DNA of 62,847 bases, the filler included, from Babesia bigemina (lineage: Eukaryota): assembly GCF_000981445.1 (NCBI RefSeq). It is 4 parts of 4 records of this genome, joined end to end, with 100 filler letters (N's around TTAATTAATTAA, not from the genome) between each part and the next. Parts side by side here need not be neighbours in the genome. Positions count along the whole stretch, not along the records: positions 39,795 to 60,531 come from NW_012237333.1; 3 more parts are not named here. One strand, given 5' to 3'. Shown here piece by piece: positions 43,481-55,504 of the stretch. Both the position numbers and the translations under genes were made by a program. The number at the start of each line of letters is the position of its first letter. Position 1 is the stretch's first letter. The notes under the pieces were generated by a model. That model was given only the letters and a program-made list of their open reading frames with translations, was not told where the DNA came from and did no database searches.

Positions 43481-43550
43481 GAAGGGTGACAAGGCACAAG
43501 TTATGGGCATGGTTTATAGAAGTCATAGCGGTATTATGGCGAGGTAATTC

Positions 43551-44923
43551 GAGCGATGTAAAGTGGGTTAAGGGGCGATGCAGAGTGGATAAAAAGGCAA
43601 TGTGGAGTGGATAAAGGAGCGATGTAGAGTGGGTTAGGGAGCGATGTAGAGTGGGTAAAGGAGCGATGGAGAGTGGGTTAGGGAGCGATGTAGGGTGGGT
43701 TAAGGGGCGATGTAGAGTGGGTAAGGGAGCGATGTAGAGTGGATAAAGGGGCGATGTAGAGTGGATAAAGGGGCGATGTAGAGTGGTGAAAGGGGCGATG
43801 TAGAGTGGATAAAGGGGCGATGTAGAGTGGTGAAAGGGGCGATGTAGAGTGGGTTAAGGGGCGATGTAGAGTGGGTTAAGGGGCGATGTAGAGTGGGTTA
43901 GGGAGCGATGTAGGGTGGGTAAAGGGGCGATGTAGATGGATAAAGGGGCGATGTAGAGTGGGTTAGGGAGCGATGTAGAGTGGGTAAAGGGGCGATGTAG
44001 AGTGGATAAGGGGCGATGTAGAGTGGATAAGGGGCGATGTAGAGCGGGTTAAGGGGCGATGTAGAGTGGGTAAAGGGGCGATGTAGAGTGGATAAAGGGG
44101 CGATGTGGAGTGGATAAAGGAGCGATGTAGAGTGGGTAGAGGAGCGATGTAGAGTGGGTTAGGGAGCGATGTAGAGTGGATAAAGGAGCGATGTAGAGTG
44201 GATAAAGGAGCGATGTAGAGTGGGTAAAGGAGCGATGTAGAGTGGATAAAGGAGCGATGTAGAGTGGGTAAAGGGGCGATGTGGAGTGGATAAGGGGCGA
44301 TGTGGAGTGGATTAAGGGGCGATGTAGAGTGGATAAAGGGGCGATGTCGAGTGGGTAAAGGGGCGATGTAGAGTGGGTTAGGGAGCGATGTAGAGTGGAT
44401 TAAGGGGCGATGTAGAGTGGACAAAGGGGCGATGTAGAGTGGGTAAAGGGGCGATGTAGAGTGGATAAAGGAGCGATGTAGAGTGGATAAAGGGGCGATG
44501 TAGAGTGGTGAAAGGGGCGATGTAGAGTGGGTTAAGGGGCGATGTAGAGTGGATAAGGGGCGATGAAGAGTGGGTAAAGGGGCGATGAAGAGTGGGTAGA
44601 GGAGCGATGTAGAGTGGGTAAAGGGGCGATGTAGAGTGGGTTAGGGAGCGATGTAGAGTGGATAAAGGGGCGATGTAGAGTGGATAAAGGGGCGATGTAG
44701 AGTGGATTAAGGGGCGATGAAGAGTGGGTAAAGGAGTATGTAGAGTGGGTTAGGGGCGATGTAGAGTGGATAAGGGGCGATGTAGAGTGGTGAAAGGGGC
44801 GATGTAGAGTGGATTAAGGGGCGATGAAGAGTGGGTTAGGGAGCGATGTGGAGTGGGTTAAGGGGCGATGTAGAGTGGGTTAAGGGGCGATGTAGAGTGG
44901 GTTAAGGGGCGATGTAGAGTGGA
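43551..44923 (-). repeat. 22-23-bp satellite, reverse orientation
   Basis: GGGGCGATGTAGAGTGG units upstream of minus-strand ves copy 7. Confidence 0.97.
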
Positions 44924-44961
44924 TAATAATTACCACTTTGGTCAGGTGGTTGGTCACCACT

Positions 44962-45335
44962 CTCATCGCTGCCGTGACCATGTAATCGCTGCCGAGACCA
45001 TGTCATCGCTGCCGTGCCCATGTCATCGCTGCCGAGACCATGTCATCGCTGCCGTGCCCATGTCATCGCTGCCGTTACCATGTCATCGCTGCCGAGACCA
45101 TGTCATCGCTGCCGTGCCCATGTCATCGCTGCCGAGACCATGTCGTCGCTGCCGTGACCATGTCATCGCTGCCGTGACCATCAACTGTCATCGCTGCCGT
45201 GACCAAGACATCGCTGCCGTAACCATGTCATCGCTGCCGTAACCATGTCATCGCTGCCGTAACCATCAACTTGGTCACCACTCTGGTCAGCACCTTGGTC
45301 ATGGCATTGGTCAGCACGTTAGTCATGGCATTGAT
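44962..45335 (-). repeat. 20-bp array plus short 12-bp array, reverse orientation
   Basis: TCATCGCTGCCGTGACCATG units, then TTGGTCA units. Confidence 0.93.
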
Positions 45336-45437
45336 CATCAACGCAACCATTACTGTCTACAACATTAGGTGTCAGTTGCTAGCTAGGTGATCAGTGGAAT
45401 TTGGATTAATGATTTATGCGCCAGTAAATCGTTGAGT

Positions 45438-45636
45438 TCAGCTGTAGAACGCGATGCAGAAGGGTATCTTGCGTACGAGGAAATCGCGGATGTTGCGGCC
45501 CACGGGAAAGCGGAAGATGCACACGTCGAGCAGGATGATGGCGACGATCATGGCAACGATGACGGCGGCGATGGCGGAGTAGGGAGGGGGGGAAAGTCAC
45601 CTCACTGCTCATGTGCTTGGTCATCAACGCGATCAC
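45438..45636 (-). pseudogene. Micro-TM module type B, frameshifted at a C7 run
   Basis: Leader MTKHMSSEVTF is out of frame with the TM/tail by one base. Confidence 0.45.
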
Positions 45637-45684
45637 TATCTTGTCTATAACATTAGATGTCAGTTGCCAGTTAGGTTATTGTGA

Positions 45685-46173
45685 TCAGCTGCGCAGTAGA
45701 TACCGCACCCTGTGGAAAGGCCGGACACGGAAGTAGACCATGACGCAGATGACGAGGATGATGAGGGCTACGGGGACGATGATGATGGGAATGAGGCGGG
45801 AAGAGGTAGAGTTCTCATCCGTGTAAGTGTAAGCAAAGGAATGATTCTCCTCGACAATGACATGCTGTACACTGTCGGCTGAGGTGGATTGCGATGGAAC
45901 GGAGGCAGAGCGTTTCTTTAGACAACATGTACATTCACATGTCGACTGCTTGCCCCTACATCTGGTGTCACATATTGGCGGACTACAATCGTAGTTAAGA
46001 CGTCCTAATCTGCGCAACTGATAAAAATGGCGACATTCACCGCACCATTTATCACATACATCACAACACCATGGACAGCAATTACAGACGTTATACGTTT
46101 TACATTCTTTATTACATGTCATACACGGCTTCCCATCATACAACTCCAAACCCGTACTCCCCCCTCTCGACAT
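45685..46173 (-). CDS. Small Cys-rich single-pass membrane protein, copy 3
   Basis: 162 aa, same layout, near-identical tail. Confidence 0.75.
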   Translation of the reverse strand: MSRGGSTGLELYDGKPCMTCNKECKTYNVCNCCPWCCDVCDKWCGECRHFYQLRRLGRLNYDCSPPICDTRCRGKQSTCECTCCLKKRSASVPSQSTSADSVQHVIVEENHSFAYTYTDENSTSSRLIPIIIVPVALIILVICVMVYFRVRPFHRVRYLLRS

Positions 46174-46189
46174 CTTCCCTTTCCCCTCC

Positions 46190-46505
46190 CACTCCCCTCA
46201 ACCTGCGAACATATCAATCACCTAAGCAAGCACTCACCAACTGCAACACTACCACTGCCGCGCCCACTCCCCTCAACCTGCGAACATATCAATCACTCAA
46301 GCAACGCACTCACCAACTGCAACACGTACCACTGCCGCTCCCAGTCCCCTCAACCTGCAAACATATCAATCACTCAAGCAACGCACTCACCAACTGCAAC
46401 ACGTACCACTTACCCTCCCACTCTCTCAACCTGCAAACATATCAATCACTCAAGCAGCACTCACCAACTGCAACACGTACCACTGCCGCGCCCAGTCCCC
46501 TCATC
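46190..46505 (-). repeat. ~76-bp exon/intron-like units (4 copies)
   Basis: Same unit before Cys-rich gene 3. Confidence 0.85.
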
Positions 46506-47020
46506 AACACTCACCCTCACCCCTGTATCCCCCCAGCCCAGGCCACCGACACCCACGCTGCCCGGGATACCACAGCTGTGCCTGACGCGACGCATGTGAC
46601 CAGCACCAACTGTCACTCTAACTTATTTACCATTCGCTACGCCATCAAAATTGCAGCGATCCCCGTGCGCTCCACTCCCACAGTGCAGCAGCACCGTGCT
46701 ACGAGCCGCCGTATCGGCGCCATGCTGGCGGAGCGTGTCGGCTACGTGCCTAAATGTGATATCAACATTCGCTACATCGCCGCCTATAAACGCTACTTAA
46801 CCAGACCAACGCGGATTACGCCACCCTGCCAGTGACTCGCAACAGACGGCTTAGATCACCCGCCGCGGTCTTCACGACCGCCTATGTTAGCGACCAATCA
46901 CCCAGCCTCACGTGACACTGACTCAATGGGCAACGCGGACGCCTCTCACAGTCAACGCACAGCTCAACGCAACAACTAATCAACGTGCTACAACACCCAC
47001 CAAATTACGGTTCATCCGCC
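46505..47020 (-). promoter_or_regulatory. Conserved promoter-like block, copy 3
   Basis: Homologous to 7066-7550. Confidence 0.5.
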
Positions 47021-47690
47021 AGCTTAGCACGTTGCCTGGTTGCTAGGTTAACACTTTGCCTGTGTGCTAGCTTAGCACTTCGCCTGGGTGCCACCTCAAC
47101 ACGTTGCCTGTGTGCTAGCTTAGCACTTTGCCTGGGTGCTAGGTCAACACGTTGCCTGGTTGCTAGCTCATCACTTTGCCTGGTTGCTAGCTCATCACTT
47201 TGCCTGGTTGCTAGGTTAACACTTTGCCTGGTTGCTAGCTTACCACGTTGCCCGGATGCTAGGTTAGCACGTTGCCCGGTTGCTTGCTTACCACTTAGCC
47301 TGGTTGCTAGGTCAACACGTTGCCTGTGTGCCAGCTTAGCACTTAGCCTGGGTGCTAGGTCAACACTTTGCCAGCGTGCTAGGTTAGCACTTTGCCTAGT
47401 TGCTAGCTTAGCACTTAGCCTGGTTGCTAGGTTAACACGTTGCCTGGTTGCTGGGTTAGCACTTTGCCTGGTTGCTAGCGTAGCACTTAACCTGGTTGCT
47501 AGCATAGCACTTTGCCTGGTTGCTAGCATAGCACTTTGCCTGGTTGCTAGGTTGACACTTTGCCTGGTTGCTAGGTTAGCACTTTGCCTGCGTGCTAGGT
47601 TAACACTTTGCCTGTGTGCCAGCTTAGCACTTTGCCTGGGTGCTAGGTCAACACTTTGCCTGGGTGCTAGGTCAACACGTTGCTTGGTCG
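47020..47690 (-). repeat. 24-bp array, reverse orientation
   Basis: Same unit after ves copy 8. Confidence 0.95.
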
Positions 47691-47825
47691 TTCAGTCATA
47701 ACCTAATCTAGGCGCTATTTAGTTCACATGTTGCCGCTAGAGTAATTCGAGACATTAGACTACGTTTGTCGGTTAGGTGAGTAGGTGATGCTAGGTGAGT
47801 GTAGACAGTAAACACGTGAGTACGA

Positions 47826-50800
47826 TTACGGTTGCAGGTAAAACACCCTGCCCAGTTTGTTAACGCGTGCCGCAGCGAGTAGTGATTGAGCAGCGATACG
47901 ATGAGATGATGGTGAGCGTAGATGCGATTTGATGTGGAGCAGGTCTAGGCGGATGACCATGATGTGGATGAGGTACAATAAAGAGAGGAGCCAGAGGGCG
48001 AGGGTTAGTGTCATGAAGGGGAAACGGATTTGGTATAGGAAGTTGTCACATTCCTTAAACAGGTCTTGGAAATATTGCGATTTCAGGACGTTACTTAATT
48101 GATTGTAAAAGTCGTGGCAATATCTTTGTTCGTTTTCATCTAACAATTTTTCTGCGTCTTTAAATACGAACCCAAAAGTGTAGAAAACTCCCAATACTCC
48201 GCGGCACTTCACAGCGCTCCAGCATCTACAGCCGTAGTCGGCACCATGCTTGCCTTTCCTACATTTGTCGCTGTGCATACAGTGTGAGCAACCCCAATCT
48301 CGGCACGATATATTTTCGAATGCTTGAAGCAGATTTTGCAGATATTCATAAAGTGACCACGGCAGGTATACGGCGCAGGAGAGGTAATGGTCGACATGCC
48401 TTTGGGGGAGGTATTTGTATGTGTTGGAGGAGAGCGATAGGAGATACGGGGCGCAGTGAATACGTTCTTTTTTGGGAAGCATACACGACTGTTTCATTGA
48501 AAGGCTTGCCAAGTCAGCATTGCTGGCGGCAGGATGCGGCCACGTGTGATTCGCCTTTCCGTCACCGTACGCCTTACGAAGAGTATCGGTGAAATGGTTT
48601 GGTTGTGTGTAGAGGCTCATGGAAATGCTGTCGATTGACGATTCCAACGCTTCGTTCAGTGTAACGGTGCCATCGTGTTTTTTCGATTTGGGAACGCTAA
48701 TGCCGTTCGATAAGGACAACACAAAACTATAATGCTCAGGCAACGTCGACGGTGCTTTCGGCAACATACATAACAAGGCCGCAAGATAATCGTGACTTAT
48801 GAATTCTCGAATCATATCACAGATGCTCCGACCCTTCTTCGTACTTCCCGAAAAGCCTCTGAATCCGAGGGGGGTTAGGCAAGGCATACCGGGAGTTGAC
48901 TTGGGGCACGTGTTACATTTAGGCTTGCAACCAACGTTGCTAATCTGGTGAGGTAGGTAACCGCGTAGGCCGTCAGTAAGGTACAACATTAGTGGTGACC
49001 CGGGAGGGCAGTCTGCTGTTTCACCAGTATGCTGATCGCAGTCGCGGTTACCATATGAGAATTCCTTACCATACTGGCAATCAGACCAACCGTGATGATT
49101 CGCATCCAGGCTACAAAGCTGACACAGAAATGTGAGTGTTGAGAATAATCTACGAAGGATGTCGAGGAGCAGGTCAAAGCAAGCAGCTGCATTCGAAGGG
49201 TAATGTAAATTGAATGAGTTGTTGCAGAAGTCACTGCCATATACGGAGCCTGCGTCACCATAACCAACGATGCGCGTAAGAACGTCGTGGGACTTCGAGC
49301 AAAGATGATCAAGTGCCGACACGACGTCATCATACGTTATTTTGATCGGATGAGCATCGAGGTACTGTGTTTGTTGATTTACTACAGTCAACTCGAGCCC
49401 GTTATGGACATCCGGCTTCTGTTTGTTAGGGTCACTGAGCATGTCCACTAATGTCTCATGTAAAATCGTCGGATACACGGTGTTGTACGGCAGGCCTGAA
49501 CACCATACCAACATATCATATATACTAGACGGTATTTTTGTCGACGAGGCAGCGGCGATATGGCTAACCTCATTGTACTTGTCGATGTGATGAATGAGGC
49601 ATTCAAGGATATCCAAAATGTCGAAGCTGTCCAGTTTCTTCCGCGTATTTGACAGACACGTTTTAAGATGTGGAATAGTGTTTGAACCCTGATACTTTGT
49701 CTCGAAGATTTTGTCGTAAATGTGCTGGCCGGTGAAGTAGACAGACGGACGTTTCAACTCGCCGTCCTTGGACTCCTCATTTTCAGCTACATCGTAGCCG
49801 GACGTTGTAAGGAAATTGCCTATGCTAATAGGATCATTACGTTTAGAAAATTTACAGACCGTTGTATTCAAGCTCGATTTACATACTTCCTTCAATTTTG
49901 TAAAGTAATCGTATAAAGAGGGTAGAAGGGTGACACACACCTTGGCGCATCTTTTGCCGTACTTGGTTATTGTTTTTTCGCCCTCCATCAACTCGTCGGT
50001 GAACTGTAAGTCGGCGTATGTATTCACGTAAGTCTTGTCGAGCTCCTTGGCCAAGAGCGGAAAGGCATTCCTCAGAGCATCGAGAATGGGAGGGCACTCC
50101 CCCTCACCATACGCTTGAGGATTAAATGCGCTCACTGCATTTTTTAACACACCTAAATTGTCTCTGAATTCGGAATCGAAGTGCTTTGACTTGACAAGCT
50201 TTTCGAGCACAGTTTGAAGTGCAGTGGTTGAGGGATCAATTTTCCTGATGTCTGGCGCAAAGTCTTTTTGCTGCTTCAACTCTTTTAATAAGGATTGCAG
50301 TGCATCATTCAAAATGCCCGCAGCGCTGCTCAACGGGGATTTTCGCGCATCGAAGTCTTTCGGATCAACATCGTTGATTGCCTTAACCTTGCTTATAAAC
50401 GTCTCTCCGATGGAATTCATAAACTTCTTGTGACTCATGTGAACATCATGATTTATTTCTCGAAGCACAGTTTTCAGCTCGACATCAACTTTGCCGACAA
50501 AAGCTTCCAGCATGGATTTAACAGAGGAAATGTACTGCTTACGGGCTTGGTAGGTGAGCTTCTCACTTGCCTCTTTGACTTGCTCGTTGACATGCTTCGT
50601 GAGTGTGTCGATACATTGCTTCTTGAATACGTCCGCGTGCTTGTCGATGAAATCTTTTGCTTCTTTTAACGGACCACGTTGCAACTTCAACTGCAGCTTG
50701 TAGATATTTTCCTTTAATTCCTCCAGCTCATAGGTTAAGTTATTTTTTTGTAGACGTTTCAAATCGGATTTGACCTCTCTCGCCGATGTTCTTATGGCCT

Positions 50801-53800
50801 CACATAGAGCTCCAAGCTTATCTTTCACATCATCAACATTTGTGTCTTTCAGCTTCTGAATTTCGTTCTTGATCTTCTCGAGGCCTTGGACATTTCGGTG
50901 ACTATCCAAGTCCTTCGCGGTGAAATTAACAGTAGTGGCGCTCGTACGCATATCATTTATGGCGTCCAAGTATTGTTGAACGCCGTCCTTTGAGTCCTTT
51001 CCGCCTCCCACCAGCGTTTTCGTTTTTGTAGCGCTGTCAACCAGCCCGGCGATTTTGTTGAGTTGGTCGGTGATTTGGGTGAAGGGGGATTGGAAAGTGT
51101 TAGGGTCATCAATTTCTGATGCGAGTGTACCTTTGGTGAACTTACCCTTCACTTCCGCCTCAATCTCCTTAATTGTGTTCGGGAGAGTGCCAGTAGCTGC
51201 TGTAATCGTATTTATGTCCCCGGATGCAAGAGCTAGCTGTGCCTCTTTTGTTTGAGCGACGTACGTGTTATAACCTTCGAACCTTTTGTTGGTAGTGGGA
51301 AGGGAGATTCTTGTCTCTGTACCTACAAGACCGCCTTCTTGACGTGAATTTTCATCATCATTCCCCAATTGCGTGTTTAGTGCTTCAGTAACCTTTAAAT
51401 CGAGGCCTTGTTTCTTTGTGACGATATGTTTAAGCTTCTGGTCTGCTTCGTAGAAGGCGTCCATGAGACCCTTTCCAAGTGTATAATCCTTCGACTTCGG
51501 AACATGTGGCTCCCTAGACGGCTCACTTATCGCTTGGTGTATCTGCTCCTCAATTTGACTATCAACCTTATATGTGGAGAGTGTGATTTGCGAGCTGGGA
51601 GAATATGTGCCGGATCCTTCTACTGCTGTTGCAACGTTGAGATTACTCTTGAGCGTCTCTGCTGCTCTATACGCATCGTCGACCTTCTTGATAGCCGGTG
51701 TGTCACGACGGATGCCATTCAAATCTGCAAACAATCCGAGTTCTTTTGCAACTTGATTGGCTTTGGAAAGTAGTGCTATTAGTGTTGCATGAATGGATAG
51801 CGTGAGATTGGCGTTATATGTAGCATTTCCGGTGCCAGTTGACGGATCTTTTTCGATAGCTTCGTTGATTTCTTTAACAAAAAAATTAATTCCTTTCCCT
51901 GCCTTCATCTTGTTTTCAAGCTGGCTAGCAAATGTTTCACAAGCGTCTTTTACGGCGGCTACGTTATCATTAATGCCAGATTTTACTTGCTCAATTTTCT
52001 TCTGAGCAATATCAATTACACCTGTACTGATCTTAAGCGTTATTTGTTGTTTCAATGCCGCTTTTACAGTGTCTACATTATTCCTGGCGTCAACATACAG
52101 CTCTATCCACTTTTTAACTGAACCAATACCAATGTTATTTCCTTTTCCCAAAATATCGTCTAACCACCCATCTACTATACTTGCAAAAGCTTTACCAGCA
52201 TACCTGGTTGCATATTGATTCTCTATGTGTTTTACAAATCCATCCAGACCAGCGTTTCCGTTAATATTCCCAACCTGCGTTTCAATCGATTTCAGTACAT
52301 TCTTTACATGTTCTTTCAACTTAAGTCTTATGCCGTTTTCAAGTAGTCCCAATCCTTCGCGCACTCTTTCATCCAATTCGTCTATATGCTCATTGGTTTT
52401 CAATCTTTCAACCTCCTTCCAGAATTCTTCTTTGATTTTGTCCTTTATCCTTTTCAAATCCCTCTTCAGCGCCTCGTCCATATCCTTCACCTGCGTTAGA
52501 GCACTTTTTACCCATCCTTCAATATTATCCTTAACTTCCTTCGCCGCCACCCTAAGCTTTTCTGCCTTAGTCTGCATATCTTTTGCCAACCCATGAATCT
52601 TATCATCTGTGTTACCTGTAGTCTCAACCATCTCACCAATTGTCTTACACTTCTCCTTCGCCGCGCTAACAGCGCTCCCGGCTGCCTGCTTCCATGTATC
52701 CAACTCCGCAACTTTGCTCTGCAATTCCGTTTCAATCAACTGAATAGCTTCTTCCAATCTTTGTAATTTGTCGGCCCCTCCAGTGCTATTCACTTCGTTC
52801 AATATTTTTTCGACAATTTTCAACGTGAAATCTATGTCAATATTTGTCTTCTCAATCCATTTTCTCAGCGTCTGAATGTATTCCTTCAGCTTCTCATTTA
52901 TGTCGTTAAGCGGATTAAGTATCGTGTTTTGAACCAATCCCTTTAGATTGTTGACGAGTTCATTTATGTGTGTGTTAATCTGTGCAATTATGTTGTCTCT
53001 TAGACCGTCCAGCGTCGAAGTTATTAGACTCAGCATCTCCCTCATGTCCTGGAGTTCCTTAGCTGACAACTCCTCCAAGCGCTTAGTCTCATACATAACA
53101 TTTTTATACGCATGATTTACATTAGTTTGGCAATTTGAATTGAGATCACTAATGTGCTTAGTTGTGCATTTATGTTCAGTTTCAAATTTTTTCGACGTTT
53201 GAATGTATGTCTCCACCAGCTTCTCAGCCTTGGTCGCCGCCTCTTCCGCTTGATGAAGAGCATCAGGAACCTGCAAAGCGTTAAGCCCTTTATATAACTC
53301 ACCTTTTTCGCCGATCTGTCTTAATAGTGTCCTAATGGGATTCTTGATATCTTCATTCGACCTCTTCACCTTCTCATTATACCCCCGCACCCCTGCGACC
53401 ACCTTCACAATCGCATCATTAAAACCTTTTTTACCGGCGTGTTTATTTTTGTTAAGAGTGTCAATTGCTTCACTAATTTCATTTTTATGCTGCCCTAAAT
53501 GGTCTTGGATGTTACTGAGAACACCACTCAAAAATCCCATCAGCCCGTCACACAGCCTGTCCAAGTCGGAGTACACAATCCCAGAGCCAGTGTAGCCTTT
53601 GGAGTCAGAGGAGAAACCGAGGAAAGTCTGAAGGCCGTCACATAAATTAACAAGGAGGTTTTTAGGATCATTTTGTGGATTATTAAAATTAGTATAGAAA
53701 TCACAAAGCTTCTCCACTTTCTCCAAAGCCTCCAACTTGGACCGCAATTTGGCTGAGTCAGCAGAGGGAGAGGGGGAAGGAGGAGAAGGATTTTGAAGCT

Positions 53801-54095
53801 TAATTTGCTTTTCAAGATGCTCAATTTCTGCACTGATTTTAGCAATTTCTTCATCAACTTTCTGCTTAAGTTGACCAATTTCACCGGTGTCATCAGCCTG
53901 GCCAGCAGAGTTGACAGACTCAGAAAGGTTAGTAACAAGAGAAGAGTAATCATTTTTAAGCTCTTCATTACTGTTAATTACAGCGATAATGGCATATATA
54001 ACGGCTTTCTTAACACTCTCACTCTCACCAACAAATCCTCCAAGCTGTCCAGCCAGGTGACCAAGGCTAATGAGCTTGGAGTCAATGCCATCCAA
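47826..54095 (-). CDS. ves1: VESA1-like antigen, copy 8 (second Cys-domain subtype, tail type B)
   Basis: 2089-aa ORF; YGSDFCNN / SPLM.YL.D / PEH..F subtype Cys domain, TM and tail. Confidence 0.85.
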   Translation of the reverse strand: MDGIDSKLISLGHLAGQLGGFVGESESVKKAVIYAIIAVINSNEELKNDYSSLVTNLSESVNSAGQADDTGEIGQLKQKVDEEIAKISAEIEHLEKQIKLQNPSPPSPSPSADSAKLRSKLEALEKVEKLCDFYTNFNNPQNDPKNLLVNLCDGLQTFLGFSSDSKGYTGSGIVYSDLDRLCDGLMGFLSGVLSNIQDHLGQHKNEISEAIDTLNKNKHAGKKGFNDAIVKVVAGVRGYNEKVKRSNEDIKNPIRTLLRQIGEKGELYKGLNALQVPDALHQAEEAATKAEKLVETYIQTSKKFETEHKCTTKHISDLNSNCQTNVNHAYKNVMYETKRLEELSAKELQDMREMLSLITSTLDGLRDNIIAQINTHINELVNNLKGLVQNTILNPLNDINEKLKEYIQTLRKWIEKTNIDIDFTLKIVEKILNEVNSTGGADKLQRLEEAIQLIETELQSKVAELDTWKQAAGSAVSAAKEKCKTIGEMVETTGNTDDKIHGLAKDMQTKAEKLRVAAKEVKDNIEGWVKSALTQVKDMDEALKRDLKRIKDKIKEEFWKEVERLKTNEHIDELDERVREGLGLLENGIRLKLKEHVKNVLKSIETQVGNINGNAGLDGFVKHIENQYATRYAGKAFASIVDGWLDDILGKGNNIGIGSVKKWIELYVDARNNVDTVKAALKQQITLKISTGVIDIAQKKIEQVKSGINDNVAAVKDACETFASQLENKMKAGKGINFFVKEINEAIEKDPSTGTGNATYNANLTLSIHATLIALLSKANQVAKELGLFADLNGIRRDTPAIKKVDDAYRAAETLKSNLNVATAVEGSGTYSPSSQITLSTYKVDSQIEEQIHQAISEPSREPHVPKSKDYTLGKGLMDAFYEADQKLKHIVTKKQGLDLKVTEALNTQLGNDDENSRQEGGLVGTETRISLPTTNKRFEGYNTYVAQTKEAQLALASGDINTITAATGTLPNTIKEIEAEVKGKFTKGTLASEIDDPNTFQSPFTQITDQLNKIAGLVDSATKTKTLVGGGKDSKDGVQQYLDAINDMRTSATTVNFTAKDLDSHRNVQGLEKIKNEIQKLKDTNVDDVKDKLGALCEAIRTSAREVKSDLKRLQKNNLTYELEELKENIYKLQLKLQRGPLKEAKDFIDKHADVFKKQCIDTLTKHVNEQVKEASEKLTYQARKQYISSVKSMLEAFVGKVDVELKTVLREINHDVHMSHKKFMNSIGETFISKVKAINDVDPKDFDARKSPLSSAAGILNDALQSLLKELKQQKDFAPDIRKIDPSTTALQTVLEKLVKSKHFDSEFRDNLGVLKNAVSAFNPQAYGEGECPPILDALRNAFPLLAKELDKTYVNTYADLQFTDELMEGEKTITKYGKRCAKVCVTLLPSLYDYFTKLKEVCKSSLNTTVCKFSKRNDPISIGNFLTTSGYDVAENEESKDGELKRPSVYFTGQHIYDKIFETKYQGSNTIPHLKTCLSNTRKKLDSFDILDILECLIHHIDKYNEVSHIAAASSTKIPSSIYDMLVWCSGLPYNTVYPTILHETLVDMLSDPNKQKPDVHNGLELTVVNQQTQYLDAHPIKITYDDVVSALDHLCSKSHDVLTRIVGYGDAGSVYGSDFCNNSFNLHYPSNAAACFDLLLDILRRLFSTLTFLCQLCSLDANHHGWSDCQYGKEFSYGNRDCDQHTGETADCPPGSPLMLYLTDGLRGYLPHQISNVGCKPKCNTCPKSTPGMPCLTPLGFRGFSGSTKKGRSICDMIREFISHDYLAALLCMLPKAPSTLPEHYSFVLSLSNGISVPKSKKHDGTVTLNEALESSIDSISMSLYTQPNHFTDTLRKAYGDGKANHTWPHPAASNADLASLSMKQSCMLPKKERIHCAPYLLSLSSNTYKYLPQRHVDHYLSCAVYLPWSLYEYLQNLLQAFENISCRDWGCSHCMHSDKCRKGKHGADYGCRCWSAVKCRGVLGVFYTFGFVFKDAEKLLDENEQRYCHDFYNQLSNVLKSQYFQDLFKECDNFLYQIRFPFMTLTLALWLLSLLYLIHIMVIRLDLLHIKSHLRSPSSHRIAAQSLLAAARVNKLGRVFYLQP

Positions 54096-54331
54096 GGCTT
54101 CTTTAGTAGCATCGTCAGTGAGTGAATGGTCGGCATCAGCAAGTTATTATAATGGTTTAAAGAGGTCATAGCGGTATTATGGCGAGGTAATTCGAGGGAT
54201 TTGGAGTTAAGGCGAACATGATGGGACTTGGCAGTGGCAAGAGGTGGAAGGAAGTGAAGGGTGACAAGGCACAAGTTATTAGGATGGTTTATAGAGGTCA
54301 TAGCGGTATTATGGCGAGGTAATTCGAGGTT

Positions 54332-54955
54332 TGTAGAGTGGGTAAAGGAGCGATGTAGAGTGGGTTAAGGAGCGATGTAGAGTGGGTTAAGGAGCGATGT
54401 AGAGTGGGTAAGGGGCGATGTGGAGTGGGTTAGGGAGCGATGTAGAGTGGGTAAAGGGGCGATGTGGAGTGGATAAGGGGCGATGTAGAGTGGGTAAGGG
54501 AGCGATGTAGAGTGGGTTAAGGGGCGATGTAGAGTGGATAAGGGAGCGATGTAGAGTGGGTTAAGGGGCGATGTAGAGTGGATAAGGAGCGATGTAGAGT
54601 GGCTAAAGGAGCGATGTAGGGTGGATAAAGGGGCGATGTGGAGTGGTTTAGGGAGCGATGTGGAGTGGATAAAGGGGCGATGTAGAGTGGTTAAAGGGGC
54701 GATGTAGAGTGGATAAGGGAGCGATGTGGAGTGGGTTAGGGAGCGATGTAGAGTGGATAAAGGAGCGATGTAGAGTGGGTAAGGGGCGATGTAGAGTGGA
54801 TAAAGGAGCGATGTAGAGTGGATAAAGGAGCGATGTAGAGCGGGTTAAGGGGCGATGTAGAGTGGGTTAAGGGGCGATGAGGAGTGGGTAAAGGAGCGAT
54901 GTAGAGTGGACAAAGGAGCGATGTAGAGTGGGTAAAGGAGCGATGTAGAGTGGAT
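54332..54955 (-). repeat. 22-23-bp satellite, reverse orientation
   Basis: Upstream of ves copy 8. Confidence 0.97.
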
Positions 54956-54972
54956 AATAATCACCACTTAGG

Positions 54973-55485
54973 CCATGTCATCGCTGCCGTGACCATGTCA
55001 TCGCTGCCGTAACCATGTCATCGCTGCAGTGACCATGTCCTCGCTGCAGTGACCATGTCCTCGCTGCCGTGACCATAACAATGTCATCGCTGCCGTGACC
55101 ATGTCATCGCTGCCGTGTCCATCTCATCGTTGCCGTAACCATGTCATCGCTGCCGTGTCCATGTCATCGCTGCCGTGTCCATGTCATCGCTGCCGTAACC
55201 ATGTCATCGCTGCCGTGACCATGTCATCGCTGCCGTAACCATGACATCGCTGCCGTAACCATGTCCTCGCTGCCGTGACCATGTCATCGCTGCCGTGACC
55301 ATGTCATCGCTGCAGTGACCATGTCCTCGCTGCAGTGACCATGTCCTCGCTGCCGTGACCATAACAATGTCATCGCTGCCGTGACCATGCCATCGCTGCC
55401 GTGACCATGTCATCGCTGCCGTGTCCATCTCATCGTTGCCGTAACCAGTCATCGCTGCCGTAGCCATGTCATCGCTGCCGTGACC
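54973..55485 (-). repeat. 20-bp array, reverse orientation
   Basis: Tandem units. Confidence 0.95.
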
Positions 55486-55504
55486 TTAACTTCGTCAGGT
55501 GGCA

